Origin: Desulfurococcaceae archaeon
GTDB taxonomy: Archaea > Thermoproteota > Thermoprotei_A > Sulfolobales > Desulfurococcaceae
DNA: 64,000 bases
Direction of reading: 5' to 3'
Assembly: GCA_038888155.1 (NCBI GenBank)
Contig: JAWAJB010000001.1
Location: 160,001 to 224,000 of the forward strand
Below, one piece after another: positions 19,595 to 29,419 of the stretch. The notes beneath the pieces were generated by a model. It was not told the origin of the DNA and did no database searches. It was given only the letters and a program-made list of their open reading frames with translations. Both the position numbers and the translations under genes were made by a program. The number at the start of each line of letters is the position of its first letter. Position 1 is the first letter of the stretch.

Positions 19595-22432
19595 CTATTT
19601 GGGTTTCTTCATTAATGCTACTATTGCCACTATAACTGCGACTATTGCCACTATAGCCGATACGTATGCAATTGTTCTTAGAGATTCTACTTCATTTCTC
19701 AAAGCAGTTAGTTGAGGCACAACTGTTGTCTTTAAGGAGTTGAGCTCCCTTTCTAGAGCGTCGATCTCGCTTAGTACTTCAACCCTAATCTTTCCTAGGG
19801 CTTCAGCAATATATTCAGTTATGGGAGCTACCGTTATGTAGGTATCTTTAACTGTAGGTATTCCCACCAATTTTGATACTGCAATTAGCCTTAATTGCAT
19901 TGGCCCTGCTGGCAACGAAGCCGTTTGTTCTTCTGATAATGTCACTTTATACAATCCCCTGGCTACTGGAGAGGCTTCACCTGTTATGCTGCCGCCTGGG
20001 TATATTAGAATGTATCTTATGAAATCAACGTATTCGTTCGCGTATAGCTCGCCTGTTGGTGTTAACACCCTTATACTTATATCTGCTCTATCTCCAGGAA
20101 TTACTTTGGGTGGCACCTCGATCATTAGCGCTGGCGATGGGGGCTCTGCTAGAAAAGCGTACTTATCTGCTTTATCGATGTGATTGCGATATGCCCTGAG
20201 AACTACAGATTTCGCCACAGGATCAACTCTATATAGATAAAATGGACCGTTGCCAACGTAATAGTGTCCATAGGTGCTATACCAACTCTTTAAATTGCTG
20301 TACCTAGCGCTAACTTCTGCTTCAGACAGGTACTTTGAAAGTACTTCTTTGTAAGGTATCCACTTCTCCTGTATAGATTTCTCAAGGTACTCGGCGATTA
20401 TCGGTAACGATGGGCCTTTAGTTAAGTCTGCCCACTCCACGTCAAGCTGACTTGCCTTTGTGTCCGTGAAAGCTAGCCTTCCATCTCTCTCGGCCTTAGC
20501 GACCATTTCAACTACGTGCCAGGGACCGACGCCATACGAGTAGACAGGCCAGAAGGCGTTGGCTGCTCCCGCTGCGCTCCACTCAGCGTCCATATACCAC
20601 GTATCAGTGTAGTATTCTATCACTAGCGGATCTTCACTGATGATCTTGAATCCCCTGAACATGCCAAACCAGTTCTGGAATGTTGCCAAATACGATTCAT
20701 CGTAAAGCTTACTTCCAGGGCACGCCCTATCAAAAGTCATTATGAATGTGTAGATTATGTCAGATAGATCAAATGGGCTTCCATCGTGCCACTTATACGC
20801 ACCTTTAAATAGAGATTCATCGTAGTACACTTTCACCTTAACAAGCGAGGTGGTTGACACTTCCTCGATATCTGGCATGTATGCTTTAACGACGTCCATA
20901 TTGTTTCTCGCTTCATTAACTGTTAAAATCTTGCCCGACTTGCAGTCATATACATACCAAGCGTCTGTGGGAACTTCGTTCTTATTTACGAACTTTAGTT
21001 CAACCCAGTCAAGTGTCTTCGTTATTGGTAGCCCGCTCTCGGCGTAAACCTCAGCTTTCTTAACCCTGTGTGGCCAGTATAAGCCTGAATAAGGATCTGC
21101 TATTACTGCTGGCTCGCCCATCGCTCTAAGAATAGTTTGATCGTAAATCCAGTTTGATCCACCCACGGGGTTCCATGGATCTACGAATATATTACCCATA
21201 GAAGCTTTTAAGCTGCCTCCTACGAGTCTCTGACCCGTATCTGGGTTAATTTTACCGACAGTCCAAGCCCATAGCCATGATCCTGAGTATCCACTTGCTA
21301 AATCTGATGAAATTGTTATGTATTTCTGCCTAGGCCATACAGCCACTCTGTGAGTGATAAAGATCCTCTGGTTTTCAACGCTCATTGATAGCTCGAGGGC
21401 TTTTACCATTAGCTCCCTTCTCTCTTCTAGGGTGGCATAATTGTTGTAGTACAGCTTAGAGGCTGCGTCGAAGAACTCAGGAGTGTTTACTATTCTCTGC
21501 CAAATTAAGTCGGGCATCCCAAGCTTAGTGTAGAAGAAGCCGAAGTTTGAGGCCTCGTCTCTAGCCACTTCAGTGGTGATCCAACCAGCTGTATACAAGT
21601 GCATTGTTCCATCGTATGGATCTCTTCTCCAAAGCGGCGATAGCTTTCTTCCGTCGCCATAGTACCTAAGCACTGTGAAGCCCAGTTGTTCAAGCTGAGA
21701 GGCTAAGTAGTCTCCTATATCTCTCCTGGCATCCTCTGTTCTGATCAACACTATTAATATAACGGGTTGATCTTTATAATACCATTTCCCCTCAACTAGC
21801 TTTGCTCCTAGCTTCATCATTTCCTCGAAGATTATTGATTTTCCCTTATCGAAGTCGTACTTATACCTTTGCTCTATGTTCATAATTACATCGTAAAGCC
21901 TACCGTAGTCAGGGAAGCTAGGCGCTAGTGCAGTGTACCTCGGCGTCGCAAGGCCGCCCAATATTTGCGTTGCTATGAACTCCCTGTTAATGATGTAGTG
22001 CAGTGCCTCCCTGATCTTCCTGCTGCAGAAGGGGTTGAAGAGAATCTTACCTTGAACTGTTGGGTCGGGCAACTTGCTCGGGTTGGGGAAAACTGGCTCG
22101 ATTATCTCGCCAGTCGCTTCATCCATTTTGCATGCGTAATTGACAGTGATCTCATAATACAGACCATATGACACAGAATACGGCAGTCCGGCTTGTTGAA
22201 TTCTCTTGAATAGAGCCGGCAACCCTATAGAGTCGTGCCACCAATCTATCTCTCCGGATATCAGCCTCTCTACTCCTATTGCGGGATCACTGCTATCTAT
22301 TATTACTTCGTCTGCCCATGGTCCATTGGGCGCTTGTTGTTGGGCTATTGCAGGAGTAGTCAATTGAATTAAACCTACAAAAACTAAGAGGACTAATAAT
22401 ACACTTAACACACGTCTCAAGATGAAGTTCAC
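19595..22432 (-). CDS. oppA: Peptide ABC transporter substrate-binding protein (family 5), signal peptide and C-terminal membrane anchor
   Basis: N-terminal signal peptide; KIREALHYIINR, WHDG-PF and GNGPFYL; C-terminal coiled coil + TM + KKPK. Confidence 0.92.
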   Translation of the reverse strand: MNFILRRVLSVLLVLLVFVGLIQLTTPAIAQQQAPNGPWADEVIIDSSDPAIGVERLISGEIDWWHDSIGLPALFKRIQQAGLPYSVSYGLYYEITVNYACKMDEATGEIIEPVFPNPSKLPDPTVQGKILFNPFCSRKIREALHYIINREFIATQILGGLATPRYTALAPSFPDYGRLYDVIMNIEQRYKYDFDKGKSIIFEEMMKLGAKLVEGKWYYKDQPVILIVLIRTEDARRDIGDYLASQLEQLGFTVLRYYGDGRKLSPLWRRDPYDGTMHLYTAGWITTEVARDEASNFGFFYTKLGMPDLIWQRIVNTPEFFDAASKLYYNNYATLEERRELMVKALELSMSVENQRIFITHRVAVWPRQKYITISSDLASGYSGSWLWAWTVGKINPDTGQRLVGGSLKASMGNIFVDPWNPVGGSNWIYDQTILRAMGEPAVIADPYSGLYWPHRVKKAEVYAESGLPITKTLDWVELKFVNKNEVPTDAWYVYDCKSGKILTVNEARNNMDVVKAYMPDIEEVSTTSLVKVKVYYDESLFKGAYKWHDGSPFDLSDIIYTFIMTFDRACPGSKLYDESYLATFQNWFGMFRGFKIISEDPLVIEYYTDTWYMDAEWSAAGAANAFWPVYSYGVGPWHVVEMVAKAERDGRLAFTDTKASQLDVEWADLTKGPSLPIIAEYLEKSIQEKWIPYKEVLSKYLSEAEVSARYSNLKSWYSTYGHYYVGNGPFYLYRVDPVAKSVVLRAYRNHIDKADKYAFLAEPPSPALMIEVPPKVIPGDRADISIRVLTPTGELYANEYVDFIRYILIYPGGSITGEASPVARGLYKVTLSEEQTASLPAGPMQLRLIAVSKLVGIPTVKDTYITVAPITEYIAEALGKIRVEVLSEIDALERELNSLKTTVVPQLTALRNEVESLRTIAYVSAIVAIVAVIVAIVALMKKPK

Positions 22433-22479
22433 CTGTTAGTAAAGTAAGAGGACCTCATCCTTATAAATATTATACACTA

Positions 22480-22564
22480 TGCGGGGGGTGGGATTCGAAC
22501 CCACGCAGGCCTACGCCATCGGGTTCTAAGCCCGACCCCTTTGACCTAGCTCGGGCACCCCCGC
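22480..22564 (-). tRNA. tRNA-Leu (anticodon TAG), intron-less, CCA not encoded
   Basis: Reverse complement GCGGGGG...GUCGGG-CU-UAG-AA-CCCGAU, long variable arm, GGUUCGAAUCC T-arm, CCCCCGC-A acceptor. Confidence 0.97.
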
Positions 22565-22570
22565 AACACT

Positions 22571-24007
22571 CTATTTCTCTAGATTCCCTTTAGGGTTAAA
22601 AATATAGCTACTAAGATCCGCTATTATTTGCCTAACAGCCTCCTGGGCATACCTGTATAGAAGCTCTGGTATTATGTTCTGTTCTCTATACTTCTCTAGC
22701 TCTTCGACGTCAATTACTTTAGTGTCTCCACTTGGGTAAACTACTATATCCACCAAGAGATCGTGGTATTTCACTAGGCCTGGTCCTAACTCAGGAGGAG
22801 TATTTACGTTTACGTATGATCCAATCCATTTGTCTTTCCTGTAATAGTTATGTGACAGCGCGGGCTTGGTTGTGTTAATTAGAACATAATCCAGATCTTC
22901 GGGTTTTTTCTCTATGCCTAGACCGTCGTATATCCCGGAGAACTCTATTACCCTTTTCACAACTACTGTAACATCTTTGCCTAGGGGCGCTACTTTAATT
23001 ACTTTGCCCGGCTTTAACCTAATATTCTCCCCTGTAGGCTTAATGTGAATGAGCTCTAAGTTGCCGGCCTTTAATAGATTTTTAGCAATGTGTTCAGATA
23101 CGCTTATCGTGGCGAGCTCTTCTTTATTTGGACAGCTTTTAGATAATACATGCTCAACAAGGTCAACTGTTTCGCCGAGACCAGCAGATTTCAAGCTGTG
23201 GTGCCCCCCAATAGTTGTCGCTACCCCTCTCCTAATATCATCGAGGATTTTTTTGGCTAGGCTGGTCAGGCCGAGTATACCTATGAATTCGCCCTCGCGC
23301 AGCTTCATTGGCGCTGCTACTTTATTTACCTGCGACACGATCTCTGAGTATTCCGCGAGTAAGCGATCTATTTCGCTAAATATTGCTTCAGTTGTGGCGT
23401 ACTTTGAACTACTTCTAAAGTGAACTCCTAAACCTGTTCCCAAAAGCTTAGAGGTAGCTACTGAAGACAGCCTTGCCCTAACTTCATGATCAACTATGTG
23501 TTCAGAGAAAGTTAACTTTGGATCTCCATGTATAAGCACTACATACCTACCCACAAGTCTAAAGTTCCTTGTTAAATAAAGCGTTTCGTTGGGTTTAACG
23601 GCAGGTCTCTTCACGCCTACAATTGTCACGTCGCCCGCGTCTTCCTTGCAGGGCGAGAGAGTGCCCTTAGCGTCCCCTATGTCAACTGCACAAATACTTC
23701 CCTTCCTGTCTGTGACTTTGCCTAGGTAGACAGCGTGGAGCTCTATCTGGGAGCTCCAGTTAAACACGTACGCGAGCTTCTCGAGTAAGGTACTATAAAC
23801 AGATTTAGCCTCATGGGGGAAGCCGACTACTAAGAGCTCGTCGAGTGAATCGGCGTCTTTAACTGTTACATCACATGGATGGACTTCAAACTCCAGCCCC
23901 AATCTCTCCCTTATTTTTTCACTTGCCTCGACGAGCTTGAATCCTGTATCTACCAGCAATTTTGACAGAGCTGTTGCATACATTCCCCTAACTCTCACCG
24001 ATGCCAT
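22571..24007 (-). CDS. fau-1: Probable ribonuclease FAU-1 (AU-binding, RNase E/G-like N-terminus + DUF402)
   Basis: VRVRGMYATAL N-terminus, GHH, G-YDGLG, YVNVNTPPE, YHDLLVDIV. Confidence 0.88.
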   Translation of the reverse strand: MASVRVRGMYATALSKLLVDTGFKLVEASEKIRERLGLEFEVHPCDVTVKDADSLDELLVVGFPHEAKSVYSTLLEKLAYVFNWSSQIELHAVYLGKVTDRKGSICAVDIGDAKGTLSPCKEDAGDVTIVGVKRPAVKPNETLYLTRNFRLVGRYVVLIHGDPKLTFSEHIVDHEVRARLSSVATSKLLGTGLGVHFRSSSKYATTEAIFSEIDRLLAEYSEIVSQVNKVAAPMKLREGEFIGILGLTSLAKKILDDIRRGVATTIGGHHSLKSAGLGETVDLVEHVLSKSCPNKEELATISVSEHIAKNLLKAGNLELIHIKPTGENIRLKPGKVIKVAPLGKDVTVVVKRVIEFSGIYDGLGIEKKPEDLDYVLINTTKPALSHNYYRKDKWIGSYVNVNTPPELGPGLVKYHDLLVDIVVYPSGDTKVIDVEELEKYREQNIIPELLYRYAQEAVRQIIADLSSYIFNPKGNLEK

Positions 24008-24019
24008 AATGGAGCCTAC

Positions 24020-24298
24020 CTAGTCCTTAATAGTCTCAAGGAGGGCTATTACTTGCCAGATCCTTGTGCGAGCGCTCAACGGCATGTTGGGATCCTGGCT
24101 CACCTGATCAAGAGCGCCTATTGCATTTGCGGCCCTAACGCCCAAGGAGTATCTCTCATCCCTTAGGTGGTTTAAAGCCTCAGTGGCTGCCCTCCTAATG
24201 TTCCTGGGAACTGCAGTATCGTTTATAATTGTGGCAAGCATATAGATAGCGCTTTTAACTTTGGCCTCATTATCAACCGTCCTGCTCAAGAAATTCAC
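24020..24298 (-). CDS. UPF0147 family protein
   Basis: DTAVPRNIRRAA...DPNMP...RTRIW signature. Confidence 0.9.
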   Translation of the reverse strand: MNFLSRTVDNEAKVKSAIYMLATIINDTAVPRNIRRAATEALNHLRDERYSLGVRAANAIGALDQVSQDPNMPLSARTRIWQVIALLETIKD

Positions 24299-24381
24299 CC
24301 CCTAGACACTATATAAACATAAAAATATCTTATCATTTATGAGGGTTAAGCAGACCTAATATATTTTAGAGGCTTTAAATA

Positions 24382-24735
24382 ATGGACGTCAAGGCTGATC
24401 CGGTTAAAATAATGGCTGAGCTACTGAAATCTGGAGCTACTATGCTCGCTGAAACTTGTCCTGTTGAAAGGTGCAACTTGCCTCTATTTAAACTTAAAAG
24501 TGGCGAAGTAGTTTGCCCTGTTCACGGAAAAGTGCACGTTGTTAAGACAGAAGAGGAAGTTAGAGAAGTGTACTCCAAGGAGTATATGGCTTACGTGGCG
24601 GGCAGAATAGAGCAATATGCCCTAAAAAGCGTTGAAGCGCTCTTAAATGCTCCAGACGCAGATCCCACGGATTTAATCAAGTGGTTAGAAGTGCTAGAGA
24701 GAGTGCAAAGGTTGAAAGCAACCATTAAGAAGTAG
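24382..24735 (+). CDS. UPF0148 / SSSCA1 (autoantigen p27) Zn-ribbon protein
   Basis: MAELLKSGATMLAETCP...C-LPLF...CPVH. Confidence 0.88.
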   Translation: MDVKADPVKIMAELLKSGATMLAETCPVERCNLPLFKLKSGEVVCPVHGKVHVVKTEEEVREVYSKEYMAYVAGRIEQYALKSVEALLNAPDADPTDLIKWLEVLERVQRLKATIKK

Positions 24736-25351
24736 TTCGTCGATCTAATTCATGGTTAACTAATTTCTCGACATCTTTGTATACCTCAATAATGCCCCTT
24801 GATGCATTTACGCTTATGAGTAGCCCTTTTTCAACCATCCACAGATATTTTTCGCGGACTTTTCTCAGGAGTAAAATTTCCTCGAATTCTGGAAACCTCG
24901 AGAGCGCGCCCTTCTTCCTAGCTATAGCTTCTTCCGGGCTTACATCGAGGTAAAGCGCTATATCTGGCGTTAAGGCCCACTTATTGATCTCTAGGATCCA
25001 ATCAGCCGGGGCACCACAGGCTGACTGATACGCAACGCTGCTGTAAAGATACCTATCTGAGATGACGATAAACCCCTTGCTAAGGGCGGGCTCTACCTCT
25101 AACTTGAGGTGTATTAATCTATCTAGCGCGAACGCGAGCGAGTCAATGTAGGGATCTCTGAGGCCTCTGTACTTGCCTCTAATTGCTAAAACTACATCTG
25201 AATCTGTTGGCTCGTATGTGTACAACGCTTTGAAACCTCGCTTAGATAAACTTTCTGCTAGAGCCTTAGCAATAGTTGTCTTTCCTGATCCATCGATGCC
25301 CTCTAATACTATGAATAGCCCTTTACTGATGTTCGCAGGCGCGGAGCTCAA
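24725..25351 (-). CDS. tmk: Thymidylate kinase
   Basis: EGIDGSGKTT, EPT, DRYLYSSVAYQ, PD--LYLD. Confidence 0.95.
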   Translation of the reverse strand: MSSAPANISKGLFIVLEGIDGSGKTTIAKALAESLSKRGFKALYTYEPTDSDVVLAIRGKYRGLRDPYIDSLAFALDRLIHLKLEVEPALSKGFIVISDRYLYSSVAYQSACGAPADWILEINKWALTPDIALYLDVSPEEAIARKKGALSRFPEFEEILLLRKVREKYLWMVEKGLLISVNASRGIIEVYKDVEKLVNHELDRRTTS

Positions 25352-25724
25352 CTCCTTTTACCTCAATGCAATTATGCGGAGACAAGTTAATCAAAGCTTC
25401 AATTGACTCTGTAGAATATAGTGGAATCTCTGCTAAAACGCAGCCAGCGACTAGCATTGGCTCTAGATCTTCAACAATCATGCAAACAGGGCCCTTGGAG
25501 TTCTTCTTTAAAGCGTATATAATGTAAGGTCCAACCGTGCTTCCCCTAGTTCCCTTAAAGACAAGGACTTTGCCGGGTAGGCACACATTATTCTCTCCTA
25601 CTAGACATCCAGTTTCAGGGTTTACCTCGCCGAAGAAACTTATATAACGATTAAGTAAGACTGGCTCGCCTCTACAATAGCCTGGAACTACGGTTTTAAC
25701 TTTAATTGCTTGCTCTGCAAACAT
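25323..25724 (-). CDS. Aconitase X swiveling (small) subunit, putative phosphomevalonate dehydratase small subunit (DUF126)
   Basis: ISFFG-VNPETG and GSTVG motifs; adjacent to the large subunit. Confidence 0.88.
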   Translation of the reverse strand: MFAEQAIKVKTVVPGYCRGEPVLLNRYISFFGEVNPETGCLVGENNVCLPGKVLVFKGTRGSTVGPYIIYALKKNSKGPVCMIVEDLEPMLVAGCVLAEIPLYSTESIEALINLSPHNCIEVKGVELRACEHQ

Positions 25725-26880
25725 GACTGATAACCTCCTCGGTTTTGGCTAGCCTCACCTTCATGCCGTGAATTCTCTTCAAGTAAAAAGCAGCTTTGCC
25801 GCTATTTGTGACTACTACATCAAATTTACTCTTAAGTCTTGAGACGACGGGACAAGTGCCTGTTGCTACGTTTACCCCAAGAGCTTTCAATGCGTAGATT
25901 GCAGGTCTGAGCTTCAGTAAATACTCTGGGGGGATAGTGATGAGCAGCTCACCGCGTTTAACCCCGCTGTATTTCCGCACGAGCCTTAGAATATTTAACA
26001 ATTCCCATGGATGTAGATGAGGACAACCTATGAACCCCAACACGCTGTCCCCCCTAGAAACGGGTTCACCAGTGTAGTCTTCAAGTTCAAATTTATCTAC
26101 TTCGACCTTTTCCTCTATTTCTAATCTGTAGGTATTGTGGGGCGTAACTCCACTTAATACTGCTAGAGCGTGATTGCCGCTTGCAGCCATAGATGAAAGA
26201 AGTAGCTTAATTTCGCTTAGATCCCCTGCAAAGCCCTCTAGGTAGGGAGAGTCCTTTACGTGCTCTCCAAGCCAGAGACCAATAGCTCCAGGGGGATTAC
26301 TCAGTAAATATTTTGGTATTTTGACGTGGACTTTCGCAGCTCTGTTCTCTAGGAGGTGTAGCCCTGAGTTGTATGTGTAGCCTGTAATAGATGAAGCAAG
26401 AGCTACAGGCCCTCCCTCTCTATTGGTAAAAGCGCCGTAAATAGAGTTTGCAAATATAACAGCGCTGCTTTCCCCCCAGGCGAGGTGCTCGGCTGGAAGC
26501 GGAAACCTGTAGTAATAGGGAATACATGTGTATATTGGCTTAAAGCCCATGCCTATTAGTGCACTATCTATCTCTCTTTGTCTATCAATGAAGCTGTTAT
26601 CTATTATGTTTCCAGATAAACCTGAGTAGTCTACGCAGCCGGGGTTAATAGTAGTGAATACCCTAGACCTGCCGCCATTCCTGTAAAAATCTAGTATCAA
26701 ATCTAAACCGTATTTCCCTATATTTGTATATGAGACGCCAGACACGTGGACGTGCTTTACCTCTATGAGGTCCTTGGCTCCAACTGCTTCGCCGATCCTG
26801 ATTAGTAGCTCTATTGCCTTAGCTGTAGCCCATCCGTAATCTCCTCTGAGCATTTTCTCTTGCTCGCTATTTAGATGCAT
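25702..26880 (-). CDS. Aconitase X catalytic (large) subunit, putative phosphomevalonate dehydratase large subunit (DUF521)
   Basis: HVSGVSY-NIG, TCIPY, WGESSA, TNREGG, GCPH, TC-VV, TNSGK. Confidence 0.9.
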   Translation of the reverse strand: MHLNSEQEKMLRGDYGWATAKAIELLIRIGEAVGAKDLIEVKHVHVSGVSYTNIGKYGLDLILDFYRNGGRSRVFTTINPGCVDYSGLSGNIIDNSFIDRQREIDSALIGMGFKPIYTCIPYYYRFPLPAEHLAWGESSAVIFANSIYGAFTNREGGPVALASSITGYTYNSGLHLLENRAAKVHVKIPKYLLSNPPGAIGLWLGEHVKDSPYLEGFAGDLSEIKLLLSSMAASGNHALAVLSGVTPHNTYRLEIEEKVEVDKFELEDYTGEPVSRGDSVLGFIGCPHLHPWELLNILRLVRKYSGVKRGELLITIPPEYLLKLRPAIYALKALGVNVATGTCPVVSRLKSKFDVVVTNSGKAAFYLKRIHGMKVRLAKTEEVISHVCRASN

Positions 26881-28172
26881 TAAGGTATCTCCACCCTCTT
26901 GTACTTCTCGAGCGGGTCGCCTCTAGGCCTAAGGGCAAGAACTATTACTTTATCCCCCGTTCCGTCAGAGCCCCTTGGATCCAAGGAGCTCCCTCTGAAA
27001 TCCCTTAACACTACTATGTCTTCGCTACCCCTCGACCGCGTAGCAATGGCCCACTCTATGGCAATAGGGTCCTCAAGGTTTATATCATCATCAACTACTA
27101 CTACGTGCTTGACACTGGGGTGTGCAGATATAGTTGCAATACCAGCTAGCTTAGCATCTCCCTCAGTGCAATCCCTCCCAACGGAGACGGCAGCGTGTAG
27201 CCACGTAAACCCACCTTCTGTTAGCCTAACTTCCTTAATGCACGGCACTACTCTTTTCAGCTCAACGAATATTTTAGCCTCTCTAGGAAATCCCATTAGC
27301 AGTTGGTGCTCCCATAGGCCAGGAACAATAGAATGAACAACCAATGGACTGTTGTTTATCTTCGGCACGTAAATTCGCTCAGCTGTGAACACTGGTTGTT
27401 CGCGGGCTTTATCTACTAGCATGAGCATGTCAGTAAAAGGCCCCTCCACAGCTCTCTCATTTTGCGAGATCACTCCCTCAATGACTACACTAGCACTAAT
27501 GGGGACTGGGATATTGTAATTAGGCGTTTTAGCAACCCTATGCTCGCCTCCAAGTTTAGCGCCAACGTTCAGCTCAAAGACTCCTAGGCGCGGGCTGGTA
27601 GCAGACGCAATTTCATGGAGGGGGTCTACCCCGAGAACTACAGCAACCGGTGCATCTCTGTTTCTCTCGAAATATCTAGACACTATATAGTTGAGATGCC
27701 TCGGCACTATTCTAAGCACTGCCTTATCGCGAGAGAGGTACATTGTTCTGTGATAGCTCGAGTTGCACATAGAGTCTAGACAAATGATGTATATTGAGCT
27801 TGTTAAGTAATACCCTCCATCTTCCCTATAAAACTTTATAAAGGGTAGCCGCGAAAGATCTAAGTCTGCTTCTGTGAAATAATCGCTGAAACTAACTGCC
27901 TCTAGCTGGCCAGGAGAGCTCTGAGCTTTCTCCAGCGCGCTGTAAGCTTCTTCGAGGTTCTTGACTCCGAGCAACGAGACTATGTCTCTGCGCCCTGTCA
28001 ATAAATTAGCGTAAAGTGAAATGTCCTCGTTGCCCTTTAACCTGAAAACTGGTATCTTGTCCTTGTTCATGTAGCTTAGTCTAGTTGCATCATATTCCCG
28101 TTCAATGATGCCGTGATCAAAGATCTGCTTGTTCAACATGTAGCTAAATTGCTTGAGGCTGTTAATGTTCAA
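26880..28172 (-). CDS. UbiD-family decarboxylase, putative anhydromevalonate phosphate decarboxylase
   Basis: DGG-Y, SYHR, EGPF, VVVDDDI, EWAIATR, SLDP; operonic with the AcnX pair. Confidence 0.88.
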   Translation of the reverse strand: MNINSLKQFSYMLNKQIFDHGIIEREYDATRLSYMNKDKIPVFRLKGNEDISLYANLLTGRRDIVSLLGVKNLEEAYSALEKAQSSPGQLEAVSFSDYFTEADLDLSRLPFIKFYREDGGYYLTSSIYIICLDSMCNSSYHRTMYLSRDKAVLRIVPRHLNYIVSRYFERNRDAPVAVVLGVDPLHEIASATSPRLGVFELNVGAKLGGEHRVAKTPNYNIPVPISASVVIEGVISQNERAVEGPFTDMLMLVDKAREQPVFTAERIYVPKINNSPLVVHSIVPGLWEHQLLMGFPREAKIFVELKRVVPCIKEVRLTEGGFTWLHAAVSVGRDCTEGDAKLAGIATISAHPSVKHVVVVDDDINLEDPIAIEWAIATRSRGSEDIVVLRDFRGSSLDPRGSDGTGDKVIVLALRPRGDPLEKYKRVEIP

Positions 28173-28177
28173 GGTAT

Positions 28178-29419
28178 TTACACCTCTACGTATTCTTCAT
28201 TATAGTCTGGCGTTAGTTTTATTTTTGAGACCTTGAGAACTTCAACCTTCCCTGTGTACTTTGTCCTGAGCAGTACTTCCCTCGTCTCGAAGTTAAATTT
28301 TTCAATTATACAAGGGTAGTCGAATTCGCCTAATTGCCCTACAGCACAGTAGAGCCCCTTCTCTACACCGTATTGGTGAAGCTTAACCCTCTCATAGTTA
28401 TGCCTCTTGAGCTCCTCGCTGCTGTACCCCTTAATGGACCCGTAAAGGTTAAGAGATCCAAATAGCCTAGAGGCGTAAAGTACCTTTCCATCTACATAGT
28501 TAGAAATTGTAGCCGCGTTAACCTCTAGGCCGTGTAACAGGGGGAGGCCCTGCACTATTACGCTGTTTATTTTAGATTTAACAATAGGGGCTCCCTCTAG
28601 GAACTCGCTGTACTTTGAGCTTCTCAAATTTCTCCTCTCTTCCCGACTGCGGACTTTCCTGTGAACAGGCGCCCTAACCTCATAAACACTTATATTGAAC
28701 TCTGAATAGCGGGCGAAGAGACCTTTTAGCTCTTCTCCTACTACGATAATGGCGTCTGGCCTGAACATCTCTATAAGGCTGTTCTTATAGTCTATGGCGC
28801 GTTCATCCTTAACCCATCCATCTGTGTCGAGCAAGATATAGTGGAAGCCGTCTTTGTTGGCAACTTCTACGAGCCTCCTGACTCCACTTATAATAGCCCA
28901 AGTGTGGGCCTGAGGTTTAACATCTCCTATGAATACCATTTTATTGGGCTTAACTTCGCTGACCCAGTAAACTGGGCTATATGCGTAGCCAAGTGAAACA
29001 AACCCAGGAGGACCGATGTCAGCCTGCCCTATATCGCTGTCTATTACTGCCGCCTTTATTCCACTGGATAGCATGGTGTTGAGCATTAATGTAATAAGCG
29101 AAGTTTTACCGCAATCTGTGCAGCCGAGGACTGCTACTCTCCTTAGTCCCTTGCTAAGTATGTCCTGCACTATTTGCTTTTTTTCTTTATACGGATCTAC
29201 ACTGTCAAGCCTCTGCACTTGCTCTTCACTAATTAAAGTTATATCTAAGTCGCACAGGTCAACGGCTGTAGCTACGTAGTTCCTAGCCTTGTGGACAACA
29301 AAGCTTTCACCTTCGCTAATTACCTTGCCGTGGACATCGAGGCGCCCCACTTTAACGGAGACGGACATTGGGCCGAAAAGCTTAACGGCGTCGCCCTTAG
29401 ATAGCCTAAGAGATGGCGT
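28178..29419 (-). CDS. Clp1/Grc3-family polynucleotide 5'-hydroxyl kinase (probable ACG start at 29419; first ATG 29368)
   Basis: G-TDCGKTS, DSDIGQADIGPP, DTDGW, RSREERR-LR; the frame stays open upstream of the ATG as PSLRLSKGDAVKLFGP. Confidence 0.88.
   Translation of the reverse strand, partial: TPSLRLSKGDAVKLFGPMSVSVKVGRLDVHGKVISEGESFVVHKARNYVATAVDLCDLDITLISEEQVQRLDSVDPYKEKKQIVQDILSKGLRRVAVLGCTDCGKTSLITLMLNTMLSSGIKAAVIDSDIGQADIGPPGFVSLGYAYSPVYWVSEVKPNKMVFIGDVKPQAHTWAIISGVRRLVEVANKDGFHYILLDTDGWVKDERAIDYKNSLIEMFRPDAIIVVGEELKGLFARYSEFNISVYEVRAPVHRKVRSREERRNLRSSKYSEFLEGAPIVKSKINSVIVQGLPLLHGLEVNAATISNYVDGKVLYASRLFGSLNLYGSIKGYSSEELKRHNYERVKLHQYGVEKGLYCAVGQLGEFDYPCIIEKFNFETREVLLRTKYTGKVEVLKVSKIKLTPDYNEEYVEV

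Noticed and set aside
22480-22564. tRNA as integration site of a mobile element
   Set aside because: No integrase and no duplicated tRNA half (att site) seen; flanking genes are housekeeping.
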